Below, in pieces: positions 50,996-62,111 of a DNA stretch of 64,000 nucleotides. A program made the translations under genes and the position numbers. Position 1 is the first letter of the stretch; each line of letters opens with the position of its first letter. The notes beneath the pieces are model-generated. The model was not told the origin of the DNA and ran no database searches. It saw only the letters and a list, made by a program, of their open reading frames with translations. Source of the stretch: Paraphysomonas bandaiensis (Eukaryota > Protista > Chrysophyceae); assembly GCA_965644295.1 (NCBI GenBank), contig CBFFRP010000019.1:186001-250000 (forward strand), read 5' to 3'.

Positions 50996-51339
50996 ATACT
51001 ATTTGTGTTCTAAATACTAAATACTAATTTATGAGTTCGTAGTATGCATAAAATTTGTTATTACTGCTGTGATAGTTAGATATCGATAGAATTGTAAATC
51101 GTTTTTATGTAATATATGTTGAAGCCATAGATTATTAGCTACGTTGTGTATTGCAGAAATCAGTATGCATTCTTACCGCACAGTTTCAACATAGTTTCAC
51201 TCTTTAACCGAAACTCTACTACTAAAATTGCACTTAGAATGCTTTAGAAAAATGATATCTCACACAAGTTAAGATAGTGCACATGTGAACAAACACGTTT
51301 TTCAATTATTGTAAGTTTGGCACTCAATACATATATTAA

Positions 51340-51830
51340 ACGTGTTTTTATTTAGCAATAGGCGTTAGAAACGTGTACCAATATAGTGGTTAGTGGAATG
51401 CTAGTCATGCTAGTTAGACCTCTACCCATAACTAATCCGTACAAATTCCGTTATCCTACTATTTAACGCTACAGAAGCTGCTTGTGCGTCGCCGCAAGCA
51501 CCAAGGTGCAACCACTTCCGTTCTAAATTTTGTTTGTGAGTTTCGCCCTGCTCGTGCTTCTTGACTCACTGGCGCGTGTTGTCTGGGGGTCTTCCCTTAG
51601 GATACGGCTCCACCAGGCTCTGTGGGACAGGGTTTTGCATTAAGGTCCGAAGTGTACCGAGTACTAGATGTGTGTTCTGTGAGGAGAGTGGAGTGGTGGA
51701 AGGTGTCGGTATTTCCTTGCATCGCTTGGGTATCAGGCATAGGTGTAGTTGCCGGAGACGGCGTCTTTGTCGAGGACCAGATGTTTTCATGCAGTCCGGT
51801 GGGCACTCAATACATTCTCGTACGTTTTCG
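51340..51830 (-). mobile_element. Second copy of the 26.4-27.1 kb retroelement relic
   Basis: Reverse-complement similarity to 26630-27080, including the terminal module (51340-51523). Confidence 0.7.
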
Positions 51831-51867
51831 TGATGTTTTAGGGAAGAGTACCGTAACACAAACAGTT

Positions 51868-52360
51868 TCGTAGCTTCGAATAGTAGGATATCAGAGTTAA
51901 GCTCTTCACAGCACACCACTTCAACAGTAACGCAGTAACTATAGACTTCTATTCGATCAAACTGGTCGACTGACTCACACTTTCTTCCTCAACAAAGTCG
52001 GACTCGCACCTTTTCGTGGTGTTCTGGGGAATATGTACTGGATATATTTCTCCGGGAATCTAACGTGAGCCGCATACAAAATCAGCAGATATGCAGATAT
52101 TGTTCTTCCCACTCATAGCCGAATGCTTGTGTGGCACGTGGTGCAAAGGACAATATAAGTGTCACTTCTTGTGTAGGTGTCTTTGGACCTTGACAAACCA
52201 ATAGGCATCCGGGATGTTCACGTTAAGGACAGTGGTTGTTCCTTGGTTTTTGCGGTCACGCACGCTCAAATAGTAGGATACCAGAGTTAAGCACTAGTTT
52301 GTTAAATTGTTTGCTACATTAGTTCTGACTGTCACACACCTATTGATACTAATACTTTCT
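51868..52360 (+). mobile_element. YR/DIRS-like relic bracketed by module copies
   Basis: aatagtaggataYcagagttaagc at about 51879 and 52269. Peptide trace VTID..RSNWSTDS resembles the DIRS YR C-terminus. Confidence 0.45.
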
Positions 52361-52602
52361 GCTTTCTGAAATTATTAATACGGAACTCAATATACTCTTA
52401 CTACAGCATTTTAAAGCTTGGATGATTATTTATTCTCTTGACTACCAAGCATGACATATTTACACTATCCTTGTTCCAACAGCAACAAATTCTATACAAT
52501 CCACATGTGGTAAGGATTCAGAATCCTGGTAATAGTTGCACCACTAAAGTAGAACACTATAAAGGTAACCACTCTCCTACATACTACACACACAATGATG
52601 TA

Positions 52603-53745
52603 TTATACAGGGACAGACTCCGCCCCTAACAGTTCCCTCCACATTAATTTTTGTACATCTATTGGTGTTTTGCTACCCTCCTTGGCACCCCCGTGTACTT
52701 TCATTATGTGTCGGTCTAGGGACGTTTTAAATCCAAACTGTCGCTTGCAATAAGGGATAGGGCATTCGAAACGTTTTACATCAGAATGCACTGCAGACAT
52801 GTGGGCCAGCAGATTATGGCGCTACAGAACAGTATCAGAGTTAGACACAAAAATACTACTGCATATGCATGTACCTGAGCAAACGACCGACCACAACCGT
52901 CTACAATACAGAAGAACTTCTCACCAGACGAAGAAGGTTTGTCGGAGGATATATTTGATTCCTCTTTATCCGCCGTGTCTTCACCGTCGCCATCTTTATC
53001 AATAGACCGGCGTCTCTTACGTGATATATGGCTATCAATGACATCCGCATGGGAAAGGCTGTGTCGTCTTAAAGCCTCTAGGTTGGGAAACACTAGCGAG
53101 CAGTGTGGGATATCGCAAACGTAGTGGCGTCTACTCCGTGAGGCTGCGTAGATAAATATAAGAAAAAAGTATATACGGGGCCGTACGTACCATGTGCAAG
53201 CATATGACGGTCGAGCTTCGATTGTGATGGAAAACACTTGCCACAGTCCGCTACATACAAACTTTTAGCGGCAATGTCGCTTAACTTTCATAAAGCTGCT
53301 ACCTATATCACACTTGAAGGCAACAATACCGTGTGCCTCCAATCGATGACTCCTTAACTGTGTTTTTTTGTGAAACCCCTCGCCACATACATCACACGTG
53401 CATACATATGGACGATTTTCATGTGTGGCCTTATGGCGATGAAGATGGGCGGCTGTTATAAAAGCCTGATTACAATTCTCAAAGTCACACTTATGTTTCC
53501 GCACTCCATTATGAGAACACATATGACGCTGAAGATGATCCTTTCGCCTAAATGTTTTATCACATCCCTCAAAATCACATTGAAATGGTCGCTAGAATAA
53601 TAACATTAACTAGTGATATTATTCTATCAATGTTTACCTCTCCACTGTGTATTCTCATATGTGCCTCATAATGAGATTGACGGGTGAAATGTTTACTGCA
53701 AATATCACACTCATATTGCTTAGATGTGGGGGTGGGATTCGACAT
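52603..53745 (-). CDS. Multi-C2H2 zinc-finger protein (about 8 fingers), TFIIIA-like
   Basis: CDIC..H..HSGE|RPFQCDFEGC.. and further fingers across short introns, with a spacer before the last two. Confidence 0.85.
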
Positions 53746-54220
53746 CACACCACCAGTTGAAACAACAAATATATAAAGATTACTGGTTATTGAATGATGC
53801 TGGTGTGCTGCAGTGCTGTACACTTATAGCTAATTTCTTAGAGCGATATCTATACATACATTTGTATGTACAGCAGAAGTATATGCACTGCCCTTCCACC
53901 AGTGGACATATTTCATTGGATGGTATCGCCTATCACTCGCGATATATCGCGATAAGACCCTCTCTAAACCGCGATATGGTGGGAGTGACATGACCAGCAG
54001 CAAGTATACGGTATACAAGAATGTATATGTGAATAATTCGATGACGATATAGCGATGAATTGAGTGCATCATCATTATATACACTGTAATTGTATATATC
54101 TTCCAGATCAACGGTGATTGATTGAATGTGTGGACGGAGCTGGATTGCACCATCATATCTCTTCCAATTGCGTTATAATTGCTTCACAAGTGCATACTTA
54201 AGCACCTTATATCAAGTACC

Positions 54221-55137
54221 ATGGAACAGCACTTGCAGCAGTTTCACGAGATCACTCACACGGTTGAGAAAGCTCTCATTACATGGGCTCGTCCAGAGGG
54301 ATGGGGCGAGTCTCCTCTAGCGAGCTGGCCTCTGACCAGCTTCGATACCGCCATTACTATTGCTCTAGGGTACTTGGCATTCGTGCTCTTCGGAAGTGTA
54401 TGTATTTATGAAACATTTTTTTCTATTTAACATAACATGCAGCTCATTATGCAAGCTCTTCCCAGTGTCCCTGGACTTTATCCTCTTAAATTCATTTACA
54501 ACATTGCTCAGGTCATGTTGTGTTCATACATGTGTATCGAGGCTGTAATCAGAGCTTATAGTGCCAACTACCCGATAATTCCGGGATGCCCCTTTAACCA
54601 GACAGATCCTCCGATGGGATTCGTGCTTTACATCTTTTATCTCTCAAAAATATTAGATTTTGCCGATACTGTTTTCATCATTCTTGAGAAGCGTTGGAAA
54701 CAGCTTAGCTTTCTCCATATCTACCACCACACCAGTATCTTCCTGGTGAGTGCCGTATGCTCTTGAGTTCCTCATTTAATTTTTGTGTTTAGTTTTACTG
54801 GCTGAATGTCAATGTGGGGTATGATGGCGATGTCTATCTCACAGTTGTGTTGAACGGCCTTATTCACACCATTATGTACACATACTACTTTGTTTCTATG
54901 CATACCAAGGATATTTGGTGGAAAGAAGCTCTCACTATGAGTCAGATGATTCAGTTCGTTCTCATGAATTTACAAGCCGCCTACCTCCTTTATCTGCCCC
55001 AGTCACCCTTTCCTCGCAATATTATCGTGGCGTACCTCATCTACATTTTGTCTCTTTTAGTTCTCTTTGCCAACTTCTATGTCGTGTCCTACATGACCAA
55101 GGGTAAGAAGAAGAAGACAGACAAGAAGAACAAATAG
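54221..55137 (+). CDS. ELO-family fatty-acid elongase (PUFA elongase-like), 3 exons
   Basis: KILDFADT, QLSFLHIYHH, NGLIHTIMYTYY, QMIQF, C-terminal di-lysine KKNK. Confidence 0.95.
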
Positions 55138-55349
55138 AAGTTAGCATGGTCTTTACCGTATCTATTGGACGCGTGCTTTGACCTTGACGAAGCTATTTAT
55201 TAGTTTAGTTGTGTAATCTGTCATATATTTGCGGAGTGGTTAACTTGTTGTTGCGATATGTTGATGGTGTTTGAGTAACCTGATTGCGTTTACATATTCG
55301 CTGCGGCAAATTTTCTAACTAAGTGGATATATGCAGTACTTATATTACA

Positions 55350-55602
55350 GGGATGTATTTTTCGACCTAGTCAATTTGGGGGAATTTCCTAGTCACACCA
55401 AAATTGGTGTAAAAACCTAGTCAAAAGGTTCGAAAACCTAGTCATTAAATAATTAGGGATGTATATGCGAGTACAATTCATGACTAGGTTTAATACTATA
55501 ATTGGCTAGGTTGAGTCATTTATTGCTTTGACTAGGTTTTTACACCAATTTTGGAGTGACTAGGAAAGTCCACCAAATTGACTAGGTTGAATAATATATC
55601 CC
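55350..55602. mobile_element. MITE (253 bp) of the same MULE family as 37351-39097
   Basis: GGG..CCC termini, long inverted arms of CCTAGTCA repeats, flanks TATATTACA / TATATTATA(TTACA). Confidence 0.9.
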
Positions 55603-55873
55603 TATATTATATTACATTTTCTATGAACACTTTAGATATACGTTGCCAAAGTGGCAGATTGGATTTCATCTGGTATTATGATGTATTTTCATTTAGATAT
55701 ATGCAGTTCGTTGTTGTATTACTTCGTACTATACTTCGTGTGGTATGTGGTAGTAGTAAACATAGCATATCTCAACCGAAATACAAACATTTTGTGTATA
55801 ATCAAGAAGACCGCGATTAATATTATTATAAGTATAATGTTCAATTAATATTTGCATAATGAATAAATAACTT

Positions 55874-55940
55874 TTGAAAATCAAAGGATGTCAGAAATAC
55901 CATGGGTAGTTTAGCATGGTTTCGTCATTCTCCTTTTCAA
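55874..55940 (-). promoter_or_regulatory. SECIS element (canonical, type I-like)
   Basis: aaagga-ga-AUGAC-GAAACCAUG-cu-AAA-cuacc-CAUGGUAUUUC-UGAC-a-uccuuu: helix I, UGAN/NGAN quartet, helix II, and AAA 11 nt above the core. Confidence 0.88.
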
Positions 55941-55966
55941 CTATAAAGTAATTGAGTCCGCGAGAG

Positions 55967-56020
55967 AAAATTTTCAGACAACGCAATCACAACGATATTC
56001 GCGAAGTCATCATTCATTTT
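55967..56020 (-). promoter_or_regulatory. Second SECIS-like hairpin (non-canonical apex)
   Basis: aaaau-ga-AUGAU-GACUUCGCG-AA-uaucguuguga-UUGCGUUGUC-UGAA-a-auuuu; the AA is only 9 nt above the core. Confidence 0.5.
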
Positions 56021-56047
56021 ACAAGTGCGACATTAATACTACTGAGT

Positions 56048-56077
56048 GGAGGGTGTGGTACAGAGTCTACACCCTCC
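56048..56077 (-). promoter_or_regulatory. Stem-loop 7 nt downstream of the UGA (Sec redefinition element-like)
   Basis: GGAGGGUGU-12 nt-ACACCCUCC, a perfect 9-bp stem. Confidence 0.6.
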
Positions 56078-56464
56078 GCGGGCCTCAGGACTTTGGTGCC
56101 GGTTTAGGGTAGTCCGACAGACTCTTTATGTTTTTCCTCGGACGTCAGGAACCCTGGGACGCACCCGAGGATGGCTACAGACGTACGACTTATATCAACA
56201 CAGCGAAAATTCAAATCATACCTGGGATGAAGCAGTAGAGTTTGGCTGACTACGATAGTACCCCACTCCTAATATAATTCCCGCCATTGCCGCAGCAGGA
56301 AATCCTCCTAAAAAGTACGCAACAGCTATAACAACAAGGATACTCCACTGCGGAACAACTTGTCCAAATATAACTACATCAGATGAGCTGGGTGTAGTAG
56401 AATTGGATTCATTATTCGTTGGCGCATTATCTGGAACTATGGCGCCATTAACAATCTTTACCAT
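56067..56464 (-). CDS. Small membrane selenoprotein (about 116 aa, two in-frame UGA), FAM241/DUF4605-like with a SelK/SelS-like tail
   Basis: Exon 1 56464-56222, 47-nt GT-AG intron, exon 2 56174-56067 = PSSGASQGS-U-RPRKNIKSLSDYPKPAPKS-U-GPRRV-TAG; SECIS downstream. Confidence 0.82.
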
Positions 56465-57128
56465 ACTTGGCTCTAACGGTATTCGTTAAATATATATGGA
56501 GACAAAGTGGAATTGATTAGCTGACCTAAGTATCCTCTTAAAGCAACTAGAAAGAATAGTTTGTGTTCTTTACGTAGTCGTCTCTTTAAGTGATACTTTA
56601 ATATAAGTGACTATTATACATGAATATGTCCACATGTGAGTGTGCGTGTTATGATACTCTGTATACCGTTAGAGTACATTACAACACTAACACAGTATTA
56701 GGGGAGTCTAGAAACCAGACATTTTTCACTCAAATTCGAAATTATAGTGTAGAATATTCATAAAAATATATCTTTTTGTATGACGTTACAGTTTTAACAT
56801 ACGGGGTATGTAGTGTACATACAGTGCGGTGTAGATATGTACGTATGATATACTACATACCTGGCAGTACTGGAGTGGGATGGGCGTATGTGAGTAGCCG
56901 TGTGGTGCATCTGTTCAACCTCCACATGATCGAATTGAATCCAACAAGTACTTCGACTTTGCCCATCCCTAGCGTCAGTGAAATCACTATCATATCAACA
57001 TAATACACTATACATATAGCATACCTTAATAGATACCAACAATACACATCACGATATTGCAACTACATTCTATTAAACTTAATGTGGGCATAAATTAATT
57101 TAGTATTATTAAAATACTACACCATATA

Positions 57129-59976
57129 ATGGATCCGGAAATAGCATCAGGCATATCTGCCGATATCCCAGCATCATTACGACCAATATCTATGTTTCTT
57201 GGGGAGTCTCAGAGGGCCCTCCGGTACATATAATATATATATATATAACGTATTAATCATATGAAATATTATATACAGTGGCTGTATAAAGTCCCCAAAT
57301 ATTATGACTCTTCATAGTTATAAGCGTATAGCTATCTGTGCGATTAATCATGCCTTTAAGGTATCGTTCATAGCATTATACTGTATATGTATTAATATTT
57401 TTTAGCTCTTGGGTTTTGTTGAAACGCATATAGATGAGAGTTCCCAGGCGTGTCTGGTGCTATTCCAGACCATACGTGACAAGTTATCATCTCAGCTCGC
57501 AGTGGAAAATGCTCGAGCTGCAAATATTCAGACTTCCAGTAAAAGAGAATTGGTTATTACGCATGCTGAAGACATTCTAATCGTAGAGGTACTGTGCATC
57601 TGCATGTGGTCTCTATTTTTATGAGTTCCTTAGGCGGACGAGATTATGGAGTTTGCAGACGAGCAGTTGCGGGAGGGGATGCGGGTGGATGCTAGTAGAA
57701 ACTATCACGCAGCAAGCGTTTACTATCGTGTGCTTGAGTCTATCCTGCCTCACAGAAGTACAGAAATCAGAGATAGACTGCGGATATCAGGTGTGTCTCA
57801 TGTTTTGAGTATTCGTCTCAACTAATGACTCCGGTGTTCGATAAATAGCTGCAAGAGTTCGAGAGACGAGTACGCTAGCACAGAACTTCGTTCGGGAGCA
57901 CTTCTCAGGGTCATCCTGCGCCGAATACTACAATGTGCATGGGCGGAACAAACTGGGAAAGGGAAGCTATGGGTCTGTCTACCTTGCCACACACAGGTAT
58001 GTAACGGCTTTATGGATGCATTTTGTTTTACGTATGTCCCCGTAGAGTAACTGGCGATGAGAGGGCGGTGAAGGTGATGAACGTCGACCGTGTTACCTCA
58101 TACTACCTCAAGTATGTTCGATTTGAAGTGTAACCATGTTCTGATGATGAGTTCAGGAAATTACATACCGAAATCGCCATTTTGCGGGAAGTTGATCATC
58201 CAAACATCATAAAGCTGCAAGATGTGTTTTTCGGTAGACGTTCAGTGTATCTTGTTACCAACCTATGCCGGTGCGCAATGTTGTCGGCATGTGCTTGATG
58301 ATTTATTTACTTGTGGAATGGTATATTGCAGAGGAGGGGAACTGTATGAGATGTTGACGTCAGGAAAAAGTCAGGGCTTCGTTTTCCGTGAGGACCGCGC
58401 AGCCCGGCTGATGAAAGATATGTTGAGCAGCATCAAATATCTACACTCTATGGGTATCGTGCACAGGTATACGAACACCTTATTTACCAGTATGTATTTC
58501 TGAACATATTTTACCTTCTCATCAGAGACCTGAAGCTGGAGAACTTCCTATTCGAAGGAGAATCCTCGACTTCCCCATTAATATTAATTGACTTTGGACT
58601 TAGCAAACATTTTGACCAAACTGAGCGCATGCGACAGCGTGTAGGGTCATGCTACTATACAGCTCCTGAGGTGCTTAGTGGGGACTATGACCATCGCTGT
58701 GACCTCTGGTCTCTCGGGGTCATATGCTATATGTTGCTTTCAGGGTCACCCCCATTTTTTGGTATGCACTAGGAGAGTGTGATTTAAAACTAATAAAATG
58801 TAGGAAAAACTCCTGATGACATCCATAACAGTACGCTCACAAAGGATGCTGAGTATCCGGAGCGGCGTTTCAAGTAGTACTTATACTGTCACCTGTAGTT
58901 GTGATTTGTAACCCATTGACAGACATGTATCACCTGTCGGGCTGGATTTCATGCGGCGTCTTCTAGTTAAGAACCCGGACTTTCGGTTCGTAGCCATGCG
59001 CAGCGAAGTGATTTTGTTTTGATGTGTGTGCAGTATGACAGTGGATGATGCACTGCAACATCCTTTCATCCTAGGACAGATACCCAATATGACCCTTAAC
59101 CAGACCGTAGTTACTCTTCCGTCATCAGAAAACAAGCGCATTACACTTCCTGATAACTTTCCTGTCCGTGATATCATTATGAGGTGGGTTATAGCTGATC
59201 TGAAGGCTTCCTTTCAATGTAATTTATGATTGTAGTTTGAAAACCTTTGCATCACTGCCGATGCTGACGAAACTGGTGCTGGAGTTAATCGCTTACACTT
59301 TTACATCGCATCAGGTATGATACTTCAATTGCTGACACTTGTCGTAAAGGCTTGATAGGTACAAAGCTTTCGTTCGGAATTTATTGAAATCGACCAAGAT
59401 CACAGTGGTACCATTTCTCTCGATGAGCTCCTAGTGCTCGCAGAACCTTATGAGGTAGTTTGATTCACAAATACTCGGTATAGTTTGATATGTTGTTCAG
59501 TTTGCGGAACTGGAGAGTGTTTTCTATGCAATAACATCACCTCGTCGCCGCGATGGTTCTGCTACTACCGCGAGTCTTCCGCCGCCCCCCTCGCACCAGT
59601 TGACCAAGGCAACGTCTCTTGATATAACTTATAACGAATATATTGCTGCTGCAGTTTGTCAGAGGTAGCATTAACATGATTTTGATGTGTCAAGTATAAT
59701 TTCAATATCCCAGGATGTCTGTAGTACAGGACAGGGCTATTCTTGCATTTGAGCAATTAGATGTTGGTTGGTAGTTGCGATCTGGAATTCAAACTTTTCA
59801 GTCTCTATATATTCGTAGGTCGCGCTGGTATCATCACGCCAGATACTATTATGAAAGCGCTGGGTGTCGACATTGATCGGTCTGCCTTGCTCAAGGATGT
59901 GTTATCAATTAAAGCTAATTTCCTTGACGGCACTTATCAGCACTACTGTCCTGAGGACGGCATTAACAAAGCGTAA
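57129..59976 (+). CDS. CDPK/CAMK-type Ser/Thr kinase with EF-hand and N-terminal Vta1-like MIT region, many exons
   Basis: LGKGSYGSVY, AVK, HPNII, HRDLKLEN, IDFGL, YTAPE, DLWSLG; EF hand DQDHSGTISLDE; N-terminal IPASLRPISMFL..FADEQLREG..YHAASVYYRVL. Confidence 0.9.
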
Positions 59977-60423
59977 GACCTTACCTAATATGTCCCTCTG
60001 TTTGACAGCTGTGTAGAATTTTCATGAAGGCTTGGGAAAGTGCTGAACTCAGCCAGGTAATCTGAGACTTTTTACAAAATGAAGTTGGTATAATATATTA
60101 CGAACTGCAGACTTCTTCCGACAGCAATTTGAGTCGTGAAAATAGCTCGTGCTCTGGTGTTATGGATGACAGCATTTAAGTGCGGGGCGACGGGGTGTCT
60201 ACAGTATTTATAGTTCGACTGGAGGGCTGTTCGTATTCCGCAGCGGAGGTATATATGTAGGGGCGTTATGGTGTACGTTGCGTTTTGCAAACATTTTAGT
60301 ATTTCTAAGTACCTTATATTATTAACTATACAGTAAGTTAGTAGTAGAAGGTAGGTATGTTTGTCATCTTTATGGAATACAAGGTTGTTGTAATAATATT
60401 GTCGTTAGAACTACAGTTACAAG

Positions 60424-60608
60424 CAGGGAAAGGGAAAAATATATTGCAATGCTATTGTTAGATAGCATTCCATGGATTTTTTAAACCAGCCCAACAAACT
60501 ATTGCAATATTTTAGTAACTTTAATCAGTAAGTAAACACATCTGTAAATTCAATTATTAGTACTTGTCATTATAAGGTCACTTGATAATCAAACCCACTA
60601 CTTCTTAA
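60424..60608 (-). mobile_element. Diverged orphan right end of the hAT family, inverted relative to the neighbouring element
   Basis: Reverse-complement similarity to about 61775-62014; starts CAGGGAAAGGGAAAAATATATTG. Confidence 0.8.
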
Positions 60609-60725
60609 TAATTGAGCCAATATCCGTGACGTCAACATCACCATATTCAGATGTCTCTTAATATCACTATGATATATATAATATATTAAGAGAATTGCTA
60701 TAAATATATGTGTAGAGGTGTAGAG

Positions 60726-62014
60726 CAGGGATAGGGAACAATATATTGTATTGCAATATATTGTACAATATATTGCAATATATTGTAAAATATATTGATT
60801 GGTGGACTGGTCAAATATTCCATCAATAGTGTTTCTGTTAATAGAGCTCACAATACTATTGCAATATATTGCAATCAATATTATGATAGTCATATAAGAG
60901 AAGATCCTCAACTGTATGGTGCAAAATATACGCCTCTGTATACAAATATCCGGAAAATAAGAAAAAAAGCCTATTTTTGATGTTATTTTCTATTTTTTAT
61001 GTATCGCCAGCTCAAACAGCACTCTACACCTCTCCACATGTATGTACAGTACTTCTCTTAATATAGTATATATATCCTATAGTGACAAGAAGAGACAACT
61101 GAATGATGAGTGCATACAAGAGTAGGGACATTTACCGCTGTTTTTGGAGTCCGGTCGAAGGTGTCCCGAACAAACACGAGTGTAAAATCTGCGGACGTAA
61201 ACGACAACAGAATATTCGGAATGGATACAACAATCTAAAGGATCACACTTTCTCTCATGATGTGTGGGAGGAGACATTGAAGAGGTATTTACGGGCTGTC
61301 TGCACCAATGGTCCCATGGATGCTTTTGTTCTGCAGCCTTCAGACAAGGCGAAAACAATTTATGAGTGGGTGGAGTGGATTGTCGAGGAAAATCTTCCAT
61401 TAAATTTCTGTGAGAAGAAATTAACTAGAAATAAGACTTCTTTGGGTAAGATAACTACAAAAACACTGAAAAAATTCTTCAATCAGCTCAAAAACTTAAG
61501 AAGCAAAAAGTTGAAATATCTAAGTACAGGTGCACGAGTCATGTAGTATGTACTTCCAATACGTGTGAACGCCTGTTCAGCGCAGCAAAACTGATTATAT
61601 CAGTGTTGCGCAAACGTATGCATCCTACTACACTTAATATGCTGTTGTTTCTGAAAGCTAACCGACAGTTGTGGCCGGATGCAAGCATATTTCAATCAAT
61701 ATTGAATGAATATGGTGATGATGATGTCACCGATGATGGCTCAGAGGATGAGTATGAGGAAACTTTTAATTAGTTAAGAGTAGTGGGTTTGATTATCAAG
61801 TGACCTTAGACCTTATAAAATATGGCAAGTACTAAAAATGAAAACTACGGATGTGTTTACTTACTGATTAGTCATACTAATATATTGCAATATATTGTAC
61901 AATATATTGCAATATATTGCAATAGTATTGTAGGGCCGGTTTAAAAAATCCATCAATACTATTGATGGAACGCTACCTAACAATAGTATTGCAATATATT
62001 GTTCCCTATCCCTG
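60726..62014 (+). mobile_element. Internally deleted hAT transposon (BED finger and dimerisation remnants)
   Basis: Perfect TIR CAGGGATAGGGAACAATATATTG; exact 8-bp TSD GTGTAGAG; ORF 61103-61546 (CKICG..GYNNLKDH..H, WVEWIVEENLPLNFCE); TSNTCERLFSAAK..LLFLKAN near 61550-61680. Confidence 0.95.
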
Positions 62015-62111
62015 GTGTAGAGTACTGTTTGAGCTAGTACACAAATCCGGGCTATGGAAATAAATATCTGTTTGACTTCAGCAGGCTCTGTTTTTGCGAT
62101 TAGTCAACATA

